Source: Octopus sinensis
Taxonomy: Eukaryota
Direction of reading: 5' to 3'
Length of the DNA stretch: 64,000 bases
Assembly: GCF_006345805.1 (NCBI RefSeq)
Contig: NC_042998.1
Coordinates: 206,708,001 to 206,772,000, forward strand
The notes beneath the pieces were generated by a model. The model made no database searches. It worked only from the letters and a program-made list of their open reading frames with translations, and was not told the DNA's origin. Positions within the stretch are counted from its first letter, which is position 1. Each line of letters starts with the position of its first letter. Below are positions 25,565 through 39,727 of this stretch, in pieces. A program made the translations under genes and the position numbers.

Positions 25565-26126
25565 CAGGGTGCAGTGAATAAACTGTCGTTTAAATTACAC
25601 AAAAAGAAAAATAACACTGACATCATATTTTAACAGATATATTTACCAAAATTACATAAAAATATCTTGAAATATTAAAGGGACTAAATTTATTCAATGA
25701 AATCGTCATTGGCCTCAGCCACAGCCTCCAGACGACTTCTTCTGGATGGTCTCCTTGTTTAAGTTGGTCAATGCTGCCATAATCCTTGCCTTCAGTTCAT
25801 CTTTGGTGTTACAAGGAGTTTTATTGGTCTCTCGCTCAGCTGCGCCCCACACATAATAATCAAAGGGTTTGCAGTCTGGGGAGTTAGGTGGCCAGATGTT
25901 AAGGGTGATGTGGTCGCAGAAATTATCTGACAGCCATGACTGGGTTCTCCTGCTCGTGTGGCATGGTGCAGGGTCCTGTTGCCAGACATAGGGTATTCCA
26001 GCAGCCACCCTCTTTACCCAGGGCAATAGTACCTCCTTCAGGCACTTGATGTAGGCCACCGTGTTGAGTCTGAGGCCATGTGGGAAGATGAATGGAAGCA
26101 TAATGTCGACATCACTAGTGATATTC
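25565..26126 (-). mobile_element. Tc1/mariner DD37D (maT) transposase 3' half
   Basis: YVWQQD-x37-D (WPPNSPDCKPFDYYVW); terminus TA|CAGGGTG. Confidence 0.9.
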
Positions 26127-26149
26127 CCGTAGTAGTTAAGACCTGTATA

Positions 26150-26223
26150 GTGTAGTGGTTAAGAGTACGGGCTACTAACCCCAAGATTCCGAGTTCGATT
26201 CCAGGCAATGACCTGAATGATAT

Positions 26224-26301
<78 letters not shown>

Positions 26302-26460
26302 CAACAACATCGAAAAATACCTTAGAAATGAGGAACCAGGCTGGAAATTTCCCCAACACCCTGAAGAAGGCTGGAGGGTATATCAGCCGAAACATTGTGT
26401 TAACAACAAACAAGAGGAGACAAATATCCGTCAAATGTAAATAATGTAAATAATGTAAAT
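26150..26460 (+). mobile_element. tRNA-headed, hammerhead-bearing SINE-like element, copy 1
   Basis: GTAGTGGTTAAG...GAGTTCGATTCC head, (TAC/TAA/CAA)n, CTGAAGA-A-GGCTG..CAGCC-GAAAC (26361-26393), (AATGTAAAT)3 tail. Confidence 0.75.
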
Positions 26461-26811
26461 ATTAGATGTGTTTATAGATATTTTATGATATTCCAATCGA
26501 AATTTGATAAATTCTCAAACATCATGCCCCCCCTCCCCCCATCGCAGTTTCATTAGCGCTACCATTGTACAAATGGTATGGACAGATTAAAAGTTGTGGT
26601 GGGTGTAATGGTGGTGCTTCGAGGTTGGGATGGTGGGAGCAGTGTTGATGATGGTAGTGTGGAGGTAGTGGTGTCGATTGCCATATATGGATGGTCATCG
26701 TAGCAGGAGAGTGGTAGCATTGGTCAGGGTGGTGGTGGTGCTAGCGGTGTTGGACGGACGTGATGGAGACAGTGGTAGTGCATTCTGCTGTAGTAGCTGT
26801 AGTGGTTATAG

Positions 26812-27046
26812 TTGTTGTGGTAGTAGTGGTGGTAATGGTGGTGGTGGTAGTGGTGGTGGTGGTGGTGGCGGTGGTGGTGGTGGTGGTGGTGGTGGATGTG
26901 GTGGTGGTGGTGGTGGTGGTGATGGTGGTGGTGGTGGTGGTGATGGTGGTGGTGGTGGTGATGGTGGTGGTGGTGGTGGTGGTGGTGGTGTCATGGTGGT
27001 GGTGGTGGTGATGGTGGTGGTGGTGGTGGTGGTGGTGTCATGGTGG
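26812..27046. repeat. (GGT)n tract
   Basis: Visible repeat. Confidence 0.95.
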
Positions 27047-27189
27047 CACTGCTTTTAAGATAATGTATATGTGGTGATATTTTCGAGGGGCTGGCATGGG
27101 ACTGTGAGTTTTGATGATAGAATTAATAGCAAGAGATGTGTGTGTGTGTGTGCAAGTTTATACACCCACAACTCAGGCACATAGAACAC

Positions 27190-27574
27190 ATATGTACATA
27201 GGAATATGTATATATAACATGTGTATATATATATATATATAATAGAATATATATATATATATAATATATATATATATTTAGAGATATAGATATAGATATA
27301 CATACACACACATATATATATATATATATATGTTCATATATTATTGTATTTATATATACATACACATATATATATATTCATAAATATATATATAATATAT
27401 TATATTTATATATATATATACATATACATATATACATTATATATATATATATATACATATATATACATATGAATGTGTACACACACACACACACACATAT
27501 ATAATATTATATATATATTATATATATATAATATCTAGTATATATATATTATATTATAACATATATATATATAC

Positions 27575-27620
<46 letters not shown>

Positions 27621-27772
27621 TATAGATAGATAGATAGATAGATAGATACATACATACATACATTTATGTATATGAATGTGTATATATTATATATATATAA
27701 TTACATATGAATGTGTATATATATTAACATATATATATCTAACATATATATATAATATATATATATATATAT

Positions 27773-27822
<50 letters not shown>

Positions 27823-27900
27823 GCACACGCACACATATATATATACAATATATATGTGTGTGCGAGTGTGTGTGAGTGCGTGTGTGTGCATGTTTGTGTG
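27190..27900. repeat. (TA)n/(CA)n/(GATA)n microsatellite block (similar block at 28235-28611)
   Basis: Visible repeats. Confidence 0.95.
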
Positions 27901-28251
27901 TGTTGCAATGCTGCAGCAGTGATAAGACGGTGCCGGCCGTTTCTGCAGAATGTCGGTAACTTGCACTTTCCAGCTGGAGGTTGATTAAAATGTAGGTTGT
28001 ACTTCCGGATAGAAAAAGAGAGATTTTTGATATTCACATATTTACCACCATTCACACCCCCACCCCACCCCACCCCCGCCCCAACCACTCACCACCACCA
28101 CCGCCATCACCACCACCATTTCTCTCTCTCTCCGATTTGCCTCCCTGTACTGTCCCCTTCCGATCTACCTCAACTTCCCTTTCCTCCTTTAAATTATTTG
28201 TAAATGTGTGTGTGTGTATTGCTAATAATTTTGATATATGTATGCATTAAT

Positions 28252-28289
<38 letters not shown>

Positions 28290-28968
28290 TACACATATAC
28301 ATACATATGTATATATATATATATAAATATGTATATATATATATATATATATGTATATGTATGTATATATATATACATACATATATATATATATATATGT
28401 ATATGTATGTATATATATATACATACATATATATATATATATATACATACATTATATATATCATATATATATATATATATACATATGTATTATATATATA
28501 TTATATATATAGATGCATATATATGTGTGTGTGTGTGAGTGTAGATATGCACATACACACATACATACACATGCACACATACATACATACATACCATACA
28601 TACATATATATGATCTTTTTACCCTTTTGTTTTTCTCTCTTTTTCTCTCTCTTATTCTTTTACCTCCTCTTCTCCTACTATTCTTTCCTATTACTCTGTC
28701 ACTCTCTCTCCCTCACTCCTCCTCCCTTGCTCACATGGCTCCCACATGACCATCGGTCATCTTTCTTTCTTTCTCTTCATTGTTGCTGGAACAAGGAAGA
28801 TATGTTCTTGTCTGATCTGGCAGTGTTTCTACAGCTGGATGCCCTTCCTAACGCCAACCACTCCGCGAGTGTAGTGGGTGCTTTTTACGTGCCACCGGCA
28901 CAGGTGCCAGGGGAGTCTGGCATCGGCCACAGACGGTTGGTGCTTTTAACGTGCCACTGGCACAAAGT

Positions 28969-29004
28969 CTTTTACGTTTCGAGCCTACGCTCTTCAACAG
29001 AAAG
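28969..29004 (-). ncRNA. Minimal hammerhead-like motif (A6U variant)
   Basis: Minus strand: CTTT-CTGTTGA-A-GAGC gtag GCTC-GAAAC-GTA-AAAG. Confidence 0.55.
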
Positions 29005-29859
29005 GAACACAGAAATAAACAGGGAGAGAAAATAAAAAAAGGTTTAGTGGTTAGTGATCAATCATGGTGAATGCGAGACCATATATATACACAAACAAAC
29101 AACACTTATTTTAGTGCTGTTAATGCCGTTGGATTGAATGGTCCTGCACAGGTGTGTCGAAACCATAATGATATCCGTGGGGCAGCTGATGATGGGAATA
29201 TGTTGGATTGTTGGTATGGCTGTTTTTGTATGTGTGGAATAGTATTATAACACATCCTTTTGATATATATGACAGGCTTCTTTCAGTTTCTGCCTATCAA
29301 ATCCATGCACAAGGCTTTGATCAGCCTGAGGTGATAGTAGAAGACACTTGCCCAAATTGCCATGCAGTGAGGTTGAACCTGAAACCATAAGGGTGAGAAG
29401 CAAGCCTCTTACCACACAGCCACACCTTTGTGCTTTCATATAATCATTTAGCATGTTGTATTACAGAAGATCCCTAATTATTATGCTCGTTTTCTCATTA
29501 ATGTCATTTCATTAAATCAAACCATATACACTTCATCATCATTATCATTTAGCGTCCGTTGTCCATGTTGGCATGGGTTGGACAGTTTGACCAGGGCTGG
29601 CAAGCTGAAAGGCAATACCAAGCCCCAGTCTAATTTGGCATGGTTTCTACGGTTGGATGCACTTCCTAACGCCAACCACTCCGAGAGTGTAATGGATGTT
29701 TTCATGTGTCAGTGGCACAAGTGCCATATGTGTGACACTGGTATCTGCCTCAACTGTGATCTTAATTGGCTTGATGGGTCTGGGTCAATAAAGTATAAGA
29801 AAACTCAAATATCAACATAGGTCGTTCTTGTCTTTAAATACAGCTTATCTAAAATTTAT

Positions 29860-30270
29860 TTGTTTATTGCCCACAAGGGGCTAAACACAGAGAGGACAAA
29901 CAAGGACAGACAAAGGGATTAAGTCGATTACATCGAACCCAGTGCATAACTGGTACTTATTTAATCGACCCCGAAAGGGCGAAAGGCAAAGTCGACCTTG
30001 GTGGAATTTGAACTCAGAACGTAGTGGCAGACGAAATACCTATTTGTTTACTACCCACAAGGGGCTAAACACAGGGGACAAACAAGGACAGAAAAACAGA
30101 TTAAGTCGATCACATCGACCCCAGTGTGTAACTGGTACTTATTTAATTGACCCTGAAAGGACGAAAGACAAAGTCAACCTTGGCGGAATTTGAACCCAGA
30201 ACATAACAGCAGATGAAATACTGCTAAGCATTTCACCTGATGTGCTAACAATTCTGCCAGCTTGCTGCCA
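29860..30270 (-). mobile_element. SINE family A dimer
   Basis: Two tandem reverse-complement units of the 353/12565 consensus. Confidence 0.85.
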
Positions 30271-30786
30271 TATCTAACATTGTGTTCTGCCAACAACAAC
30301 TTAATAACTAATAACCCACTAAATATAATTTCTTTGCGTGTGCTCTCAGTTTCCTTATTATTTATTCTCCAATGACAAAATACAACTGTGATTAGCATAT
30401 TGACATCTGAATCTGCTGAGCATATTAAAAATGAATATATATATAATAACTGTGATGTTTGCCGTTTGCTAGGCTTATGAGAATTTATTATTGGTCGACA
30501 GACATCAGCAAATATGGCATTTGCTGAATCCTATAAACAAGAGCCAAAACTCTTGTTAGATTCATTGGTCCAGTAAAGTAGCTTTGACTGAAGAGTTAAA
30601 ACTAGGTCAAAACACCGGGTGTTTCAAAGTCCCCCTTACCTCAACAAATCAAGAGTGTTGTGAACATGTATTCATCTGAGAAAGGAAGTTGTTCTCTGTT
30701 GATGGAATGCAACATTGGTCAGCGTGTTCATGTTTGAATCTGCTACAAAGTAACAAGAACGAATATTACCATTCAGCAACAGTACT

Positions 30787-31252
30787 TTGTAGTAAAGATT
30801 GTTTGCCAACATAACATGGCAGTCCTGGTTTAGGATGAATGTTGCTGTAATTTTAGCTCACAGATATTGTTTTGAGCTGAGTGGGGGTGCTAGATTCCCT
30901 TGTTCGAAAATATAAGGACACAGATCGTGTCGGATAGCCAGCTGGAGACGATAGCATTTTTCTAATTTATAAATCAGTAACTAGTTGTCATTTTGAAAGC
31001 TATATATTTCAAATGGGAATTTGTCAGCATCACCTCTAGCTGAACAATCATTCTGTGCTGATGAAGGGAAATGCAATACACAGATGTTGTTTTGAGCTGA
31101 GTGGGGGTGCTAGATTCCCTTGTTCGAAAATATAAGGACACAGATCATGTCGTATAGCCAGCTGGAGATGATGTCTCCTGGGGCTAAATTACAGCAACAT
31201 TCGTCCTAAACCAGGACTGCAATGTTATGTTGGCAAACAATCTTTACTACAA
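30787..31252. mobile_element. Penelope-like terminal-repeat relic (inverted plus direct repeat) with an internally deleted hammerhead
   Basis: Inverted repeat 30787-30858 / 31181-31252; direct repeat 30859-30951 / 31079-31171; TCTGTG-CTGATGA-AGGGAAAT at 31052-31072; homologous to 39716-39940. Confidence 0.75.
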
Positions 31253-31304
31253 GAATGAATATGTATATCATTGTTTTGCTTGTCATTGTTCAATGTGCCT
31301 ATGA

Positions 31305-31520
31305 GACCTTAGTATTTAAGCTGGCCACATGCAGCCCAAATGTCCTATTTGCTTTATGTTCAAACAGGCCAGATCCGGCCTCTCACACCTACCCTACAAT
31401 CTCATTCTAAAAAATTGGCACATCATTGAAATCTTCAAGTTATGAGATAATCTGATTAATTGGAAGCAGTGAGAAGAACTAAGCATTATATTTGATAAAG
31501 TAATTTGAAGGCTAAAGGGT
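31305..31520. mobile_element. Degenerate TTAA-type MITE (second copy at ~55825-56031)
   Basis: Shared internal sequence TTTATGTTCAAAC.GG.CAGATC.G.CCT.TCACACCTA and AAAGGGT(C/T)AA-type end. Confidence 0.55.
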
Positions 31521-31692
31521 CAAACAAACTTGGACACAAAAAGACTCTTTAAAAGCCCTCAACAGCTCAACGACCCCTGTAGTTTACAAAGAATACCCTC
31601 TGCGGTTCACTTATTTACTAACCCCTGTGCTTGAATATTGTTGTGTTTGACCTGAGTCAGCCTTGATTGAGTAGACTTATGACTAAAGGTGT

Positions 31693-32048
<356 letters not shown>

Positions 32049-32296
32049 TAAAGGTGTTCTTGCTTTGATCATCTTGTCTTTTTAGATTTGCAACTACATG
32101 TATTCTTTTATTTATTTATTTATTTACATTGGTGTGGTGATTTGAAGAAGATTTAGCTGTTATTTCTAGCAGGTCAATTTAATAGAAAAAAAAAATTGGA
32201 AATGTCATTCTGGCAGTTACTATGACGAGGGTTCCAGTTGATTGTGAAATCAATGTGCAAGTGGAGTTCTCAGGGAAATTCAGCATGACACAGAAT

Positions 32297-32660
32297 GTGA
32301 CTGAGCACCTTTTCAAAGTCCACCTGTCTAACACCCGTGGACATGTTTACCAAGTCAGAAAACAGCACAGCTCCCATGACTTTCAGAAACATTTTTTCAT
32401 GCTAAGAGTTGGTGAAGCATGGAACAAACTGCCCGCATCAGTTGTTAGTTGTCGGAGCACTGCATCCTTCAAAACTTCCATGCTTCCTGAGATTCGCCAA
32501 CACTACACCTGATCTTTCTCCCCTCCATACATGCGCAAGCATGTATCTGACTCATACACTGTTCACTTCCCAGACATTTGTACATTACTGCATATGCTTT
32601 ATATGCACTTTTGACAAGTTGTGGTGCACCTGAGCACTGTATACAATGATTTCATTATTA
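32297..32660 (+). mobile_element. CR1/L2-group LINE 3' end
   Basis: SNTRGHVYQV...KHFFMLRVGEAWNKLPASVVS...SFKT, then a 3' UTR ending ATTATTA. Confidence 0.8.
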
Positions 32661-32884
32661 AAGTTGGTCCCTCTCAAATATGGGTCCTACTAATTTTTGA
32701 GAGCTGAGTGGAGTGGAGAAAAGTGAAATAAAATGTCTCACTCAACGACACAATGCAATGATGAGATTCGAACTCATGACCTTACCACTGTGAGCCAAAT
32801 GTTTAAACCACGAAGCCACATGCCTTCAGGAAATCAGGAAACAGAGTTTCTCTTCTTAACTCATTACACTTCAGGGAGGGACAG

Positions 32885-33274
32885 CAGCAAACTTACCAAC
32901 CACATGGTTCCAGGTTCAGTCACACTGCGTGGCACCTTGGCCAAGTGTCTTCTACTATAGCCTCAGGCCAACCAAAGCCTTGTAAGTGGATTTGGAAGAC
33001 GGAAACTGAAAGAAGCCCGTCATATATATTTGTGTGTGTGTGTATGTGTATATGTTTGTATGTCTGTGTTTGTCTCCCCAACATCGCTTGACAACCGATG
33101 CTGGTGTGTTTACGTTCCCGTAACTTAGCAGTTCGGCAAAAGAGACAGATAGAATAAGTACTAGGCTTTCAAAGAATAAGTCCTGGGGTCGATTTGTTCG
33201 ACTAAAGGCGGTGCTCCAGCATGGCCACAGTCAAATGACTGAAACAAGTAAAAGAGTAAAAAGAGTAAAAGAGT
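32885..33274 (+). mobile_element. SINE family B
   Basis: Consensus match with (GTAAAAAGA)n tail; further copies at 38576-38968, 39960-40160, 46438-46640, 61694-61870, 62942-63290. Confidence 0.85.
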
Positions 33275-35197
33275 GATCTATTCATGTATGTCACTAATTA
33301 ATTAACGAGGCAGTTGACTACCTTTAAACAGTCATTAATGTCTCAGATCATCTTCAGCTGCTAATTACTATTGTGTGTGAACCAATTTCTATGCACATAT
33401 ATACATACATACATATATACATATATACACACACATATATACATACATACACATGCAAACACACACATACATACATACGTACATGCATGCATGTATAGGC
33501 ACACACACAGACACACTGACCCACACACATGCACACAAACAAGTAAAAAGGAACGCAGTGTAAATAACGGACAGAGTCAAGACTATTGAAAAGGTTGCAA
33601 GACGCAACGAAAATTTTAGGAAAATAAAAATAAAAGAAATAAGTGGAAATTTTACCTGTGAGTGTGTTAAATAATAAGGAACTAAAAGAGAATGACTCTC
33701 CCCAGACACAACAGAATATGCTTCAACACACGAACTCATATAAAGAATCTTGAAAACTAAATCCCAAAACGAAATTTCTATAGCATTTTGTTGTTATTTC
33801 TTCTGTAACTGACTTCATTCTTTTGATAACCAAAAGTTTTCCCAGAATGTAACGCATTGTATGGAGTTGGGTTGCATGTTTAATATCAAAATATCTCAGC
33901 TGAAGGATCAAAATTACCTCATCAAACAAGAGCAACAATATTTTTGTTAGGTTTGTATTATTATTATTATTATTATTTTTTTTTTTGAGTTTATTTATTC
34001 TGAAAATATATTTGGACTTTCTTCCTTTGGTTGTTACTGTGGCACCAGGATCAGGCACCGAAGAAAGAAAGCAAGCAATCAAACAAGCATATTGGATGAA
34101 ACAGAGGCACCTAGATTGTTTGTGGTTGGACATATTGAATATGTTGAGTGGTAGAGACTATCTTGGTGAAGATGTACAATTTATGATGCAGACTTCTCCA
34201 GAAAATCATCATCATCTACATCATTTAACATCATCATCATCACCATCATCATCACCATCATCATCATCATCCACATCACCATCATCATCTACATCACCAT
34301 CATCATCATCATCTACATCACCATCATCATCATCATCTACATCACCATCATCATCATCATCATCATCATGTACATCATCATCATCATCTACATCATCATC
34401 ATTAAAAATCCGCTTTCCATGCTGGCATGGGTTGGACAGTTTGAAAGGTGCTGGCAAGCGAAAGGGCTGTGCTGAGCTCTATCATCTGTTTTGGTCGGGT
34501 TTCTACAGCTGGATGCTCTTCCGAACACCAACCCCTGTACAGAGTGTGGTGGGTACTTTTTATGTGGCACCAGCACAGGAGCATTTTATGTGGCACTGAC
34601 TTGGGTGGGGGGGCTTGGTGCCACTTGAATCCAAAATATTTATTGGCAGAATAGTTCTTTGTGTGTGTGTGTGTGTGTGTGTGTAGACATATCTACATGT
34701 TTTCTTACTCCCCCGTCAAGGGTCACCCTCCACTCTTTACCCATCATCCCCTACATCCACCCTTGAATCTCATCCTGTATTTACAGTTGTCCTCCACCTC
34801 CCTCCCCATTCACCAATTCCCTCATCTCTCACTACTCCCCACCCCTTACAATATCCACCCATCCACCCGGTGTGTTTCTCCGTTCCACTCATTTCTACCA
34901 GTGTTGGACCTTTGGTGGGGCGGGGTCACCCCAAGACCTTATCACAACAATTTCTATCCCTTCCCAGCTCCACCCTGATCACTCCCATTTCCCTTGGCAT
35001 TTGTGGTCTTGTGAACCTGTTGAGTGACCTCATTAGGGGCCATGGCATGCAAAAAGTACCCAGAACACTCTGTTGAGAGTTTGGAATTAGGAAGGTCATC
35101 CGGCCGTAGAAAGATGACAAACAGAGCTTTTACTCTGGGGCTCACGGGGCCCCTGTCAAACCGTCCAACCCATGCCAGCATGGAAAACAGATATTAA

Positions 35198-35214
35198 ATG
35201 ACGATGACGACGAC

Positions 35215-35262
<48 letters not shown>

Positions 35263-35355
35263 ATGATGATGATGATGATGATAGGGGTGGTGGTGGTGGT
35301 GGTGGTGTTGGTGGTTTTGGTGGTGGTGGTGGGGTGGTGGTGGTGGTGGTGGTGT

Positions 35356-35404
<49 letters not shown>

Positions 35405-35418
35405 AGTGATGATGATAG

Positions 35419-35453
<35 letters not shown>

Positions 35454-35551
35454 GTGATGATGGTGCCGGTGGAGGTGGTGGTGGTGATGATGAAGATGAT
35501 GGTGATGATGGTGATGATGGTGGTAGTGGTGGTGGTGGTGAGATGATGATG
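35198..35551. repeat. (GAT)n/(GGT)n tract extending a family C tail
   Basis: Visible repeats. Confidence 0.95.
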
Positions 35552-35852
35552 ACACCCCTGTACAAAATGGTTGGAACTACTGAAACTCCTCAATGTTGGA
35601 ACAGAATTTCTTTAGCTAAAAAAATGAGCACTGAACGAGCTGACCTTTGATAAAAGGCGTTCTAGCCATGACCATCCACTCCTTTTGTGTATGTAGGACT
35701 ATCTCATCAACGAATGTGGTTCTTCAGTTACGTTTGTAAGACAATAGGGTCTGATCTGGATGATATTCAGCTGTTATTTCTAGCTGGTTGAGTGACCACT
35801 CATAGGTTCCACCCTTCATCTTTTCATGTGACTAAACCAGATAATTATGGGC

Positions 35853-35976
35853 CAATTACTGAAACAAACGCCGAATACTAATTACCAAAACAAGCGCCGC
35901 CCGACACTAATTATTAATACAAACGCCCCGATCCTAATTACTCAGGTAAACGCCCGTCACTGATTACTGATGTAAA
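35853..35976. repeat. Degenerate ~27-bp tandem array of five units, each beginning TAATTA-like
   Basis: CAATTA/TAATTA/TAATTA/TAATTA/TGATTA at 35853, 35879, 35908, 35935, 35961; the first four are followed by AA(A/G)CGCC. Confidence 0.7.
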
Positions 35977-36000
35977 TCATTGAGATGAAATAACAAACGA

Positions 36001-36437
36001 CATCACTGCCACCACCACCACCACCACCACTACCGTCACCACCACCACCACCATCGTCAATGCCACCACAACCACCACTACCACCACCACCACCACCACT
36101 GCCATCATCACCGCTGCTACCATCACCACCACCATCGTCGATGCCACCACAACCACCACTGCCACTACCACCTCCACCACCACCACCACCGTCACCATCA
36201 CCTCCACTACCACCACCACCTCCGCCGGCACCACCACCACTGCTACCACCACCACCACTACCGCTACCACCACCACTACCACCACCACCACCACCTCCGC
36301 CGGCACCATCACCACCACCTCTGCCGGCACCACCAGCACTACCGCTACCACCACCACCACCACTGCTGCCACCACCACCTCCACCACCACCACCTCCGCC
36401 GGCACCAATAACAACATCACCATCAACAACAACAACA
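36001..36437. repeat. (CAC)n tract with higher-order sub-repeats
   Basis: Visible repeats; recurring CCTCCGCCGGCACC. Confidence 0.95.
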
Positions 36438-36531
36438 ATTATTAAAAATTAAAAGGAAAATAATGAGGAAATCAGAAATGTCTTTTATTTTGTGTTTCAA
36501 TCCAAAAATCATTCAAATTCTTCCATAAATC

Positions 36532-38291
36532 TCACAGATTAATGATTGGTGACAAAAGAATAAACAAAAGTTTGAAACATTGTTTCTTTTACATTTTATC
36601 TATTTTTATTTTACTTGTTTCAGTCATTGCATTGTGGCCAAGCTGGGGCACTCCTTTGAAGAAATTTTAGTTGAATAAATTTACCACAATACTTCTGCTT
36701 GTTTTTTTTTTTAAGCCAGTTATTTATTCTATTGGTCTCCTTAGCTGAACTGCTAAGTGACGGGGATGTAAACAAACCAACACGGGTTGTCATGTCGTGG
36801 AGGTGTTGGGGGACAAGCACAGACACAAAGACACACACACACAGATATAGATATTGTCATCATCATCATCATCATGGTTTAACGTCCGCTTTCCGTGCTG
36901 GCATGGGTTGGACGGTTTGACTGATGATTGGCAAGCCAAGAGGCTGCACCAGGCTCCAATCTGATCTGGCAAGGTTTCTACAGCTAGATGCCCTTCTGAA
37001 TTTTGCTTCAGAACCACACTGTTCTGGGTTCAATCCCACTGTGTGGTGGCACCTTGGATGTCTTCTACTACAATCTTGGGCTGACCAAAGTCTTGTGAAT
37101 GGATTTGGTAGATGGAAACTGAAAGAAGCTCATCATATATGTGTATATATATATAATCCATTCACAAGACTTTGGTCAGCCCAAGATTGTAGTAGAAGAC
37201 ATCCAAGGTGCCACACAGTGGGACTGAACCCAGAACAGTGGTGTTCTGAAGCAAAATTCTTACCACACAGCTACACTAGTTAAATGTTATTTATGTTTCT
37301 ACCCTTAAAAATTTCTAGAAAATGTATCTTTTGACTTCTCAAATCAACACATCTGGAACAAGTAAAAAATATAACGTAAATATACTTGGCCTGTTGGACT
37401 GAGTGAAATCATAGTTGTGACCAATGCCGGTGTCGCCTGACTAGCACGTGTGCCATTGGCATGTAAAAAGCACCATTCGAGCCTGGCTGGTGTCAGTGCT
37501 GCCTGACTGGCTCCCGTGCCAGTGGCACATAAAAAGTACCCACTACACTCCTGGAGTGGTTGGCATTAGGAAGGGCATCCAGCTGTAGAAACATTGCCAA
37601 ATCAGATTGGGGCCTGGTGCAGCCTCCTGGCTTACCAGATCCCCGGTCGAACCGTCCAACCCATGCCAGCATTGAAAGTGGACGTTAAATGACGATGATG
37701 ATGATGTTATATATGATGGGTGACCCCCTTTGGTCAGGAATGACCATGGGATTGCACCTAGAAAGCTACCCTTCGAGGTACAAGTCCAGGCAACATTGTT
37801 TATGGAAGACCAGCAGTCGCCCATGCATACCGGCCTCCCCTCTCCACGCCACCAATGTTATCCAAGGGAACGGCAAAGGGGCCAATACAGCTTGGCACCT
37901 GGTGCAGCCTCCTGGCTTGCCAGACCTCAGTCAAACTGTCCAACCCATGCCAGCACGGAAAGCAGACGTTAAACAATGATGAAAGACAATATCTATGTCT
38001 ATGTGTGTGTGTCTTTGCGCCTGTGCTTGTCCCCCAACACCTCCATGACATGACAACCCATGTTGGTTTGTTTACATCCCCATCACTTAGCAGTTCAGCT
38101 AAGGAGACCAATAGAATAAATATCTGGCTTAAAAAACAAACAAACAGAGGTATTGTGGTAAATTTATTCAACTAAAAATTCTTCAAGGGAGTGCCCCAGC
38201 ATGGCCACAATCCAATGACTGAAACAAGTAAAAAAAAAAACAATGTTTCAAAATTTTGTTTATTCTTTTGTCACCAATCATTAATCTGTGA
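36532..38291. repeat. Nested inverted duplications
   Basis: Outer arms 36532-36953 / 37898-38291 include non-repeat flank; inner arms 36998-37105 / 37155-37259. Confidence 0.85.
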
Positions 38292-39066
38292 TTCATTTCT
38301 ACAGCTGAGTGAATTGGAGTGACGTGAAATAAAGTGCCTTGCTCAAGAATACAACACACAGCCCGGTCCAGGATTCGAACTCACTACCTCACGATCATAA
38401 GCTTGATGCTCTTACCATTGAGCTTGATGCTCCTTCGTATATACATATACACTGCACTTTCTATGCTGGGGGTTCTGGAAACCCTGATTCTGTTTATTAA
38501 TGGAAGTTATTTTATTGTGTTTTTCTGACGTTTGTGAAAATGTTTTTAACTGTGTGTGTGCGTGTGTGTGTGTATAGGTGCAGGAGTGGCTGTGTGGTAA
38601 GTAGCTTGCTAACCAACCACATGGTTCCGGATTCAGTCCCACTGCGTGGCACCTTGGGCAAGTATCTTCTGCTATAGCCTCGGGTCGACCAAAGCCTTGT
38701 GAGTGGATTTGATAGGCGGAAACTGAAAGAAGCCTGTCATATATATATGTATGTATGTGTGTGTGTGTTCATCCCTCTAGCATTGCTTGACAACCGATGC
38801 TGGTGTGTTTATGTCCCTGTTACTTAGCGGTTCGGCAAAAGAGCTCCCAAAAGAATAAGTACTGGGCTTACAAAAGAATAAGTCCCGGTGTTGAGTTGCT
38901 CGATTAAATGCAGTGCTCCAGCATGGCCGCAGTCAAATGACTGAAACAAGTAAAAGAGTAAAAGAGTAACTGTTTTCATTGATGCGTGAATATGTTGTGA
39001 ACATTAACAGGTACTTGGAGTAGAGTTGAAGAACTGTTAAGCATCTTATTGTATTGGCTGGAAATG

Positions 39067-39136
39067 TGTAGCTGGGGAAGAGTTGCTGTAGCTGGGGAAG
39101 AGTTGCTGTAGCTGGGGAAGAGTTGCTGTAGCTGGG
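39067..39136. repeat. 20-bp minisatellite, about 3.5 units
   Basis: (TGTAGCTGGGGAAGAGTTGC)n. Confidence 0.9.
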
Positions 39137-39215
39137 TTGGTGAGGTATGTACATGTGTGTGTTTGTGTGTGTTTGTGTGTGTGCGTGTGTGTGTGTGCAG
39201 GAGTGTTTAGTGTTT

Positions 39216-39449
39216 AGGCGGCGAGCTGGCAGAAACGTTAGCACGGCAGGCGAAATGCGTAGCCGTATTTCGTCTGCTGTTACATTCTGAGTTCAAATTC
39301 CACCGAGGTTGACTTTACCTTTCATCCTTTCGGGGTCGATAAATTAAGTACCAGTTACGCACTGGGGGTCGATGTAATCGACTTAATCCGTTTGTCTGTC
39401 CTTGTTTGTCCCCTCTATGTTTAGCCCCTTGTGGGTAGTAAAGAAATAA
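39216..39449 (+). mobile_element. SINE family A monomer with TSD
   Basis: Consensus match; AGGAGTGTTTAG on both sides. Confidence 0.9.
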
Positions 39450-39727
39450 GGAGTGTTTAGGTTTCGATCACATTATATTACCTATTATGTTATTGATACA
39501 GTTTAAAAAGCAGCAATGAGGGAGACTACATCGAAGCCTCCCTCAAAGACACCGTTTGTGAAAATGACGAAAATATTGTAGAAGAGGGCCTATAAATAGA
39601 GTGGGTGTTTTGGAGAGGTGGGTGGTGGTATATATTAGGAGGCGACCCAGGAACGATGGAAAGAGAAAGTTATAATATTGGGTTAACACTGAAATGAAGG
39701 AAAAGGAACAATTCGCCGAACAATTAT

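Noticed and set aside
30583-30612. CTGAAGA...AAAACTAGGTC as a hammerhead
   Set aside because: No GAAA, essentially no stem II, and the flanking pairing overlaps the core
33658-33899. Possible minus-strand exon (acceptor CTTCAG, donor CAG|GTAAAA)
   Set aside because: No full-length open frame or recognisable protein; such splice-like signals are common by chance
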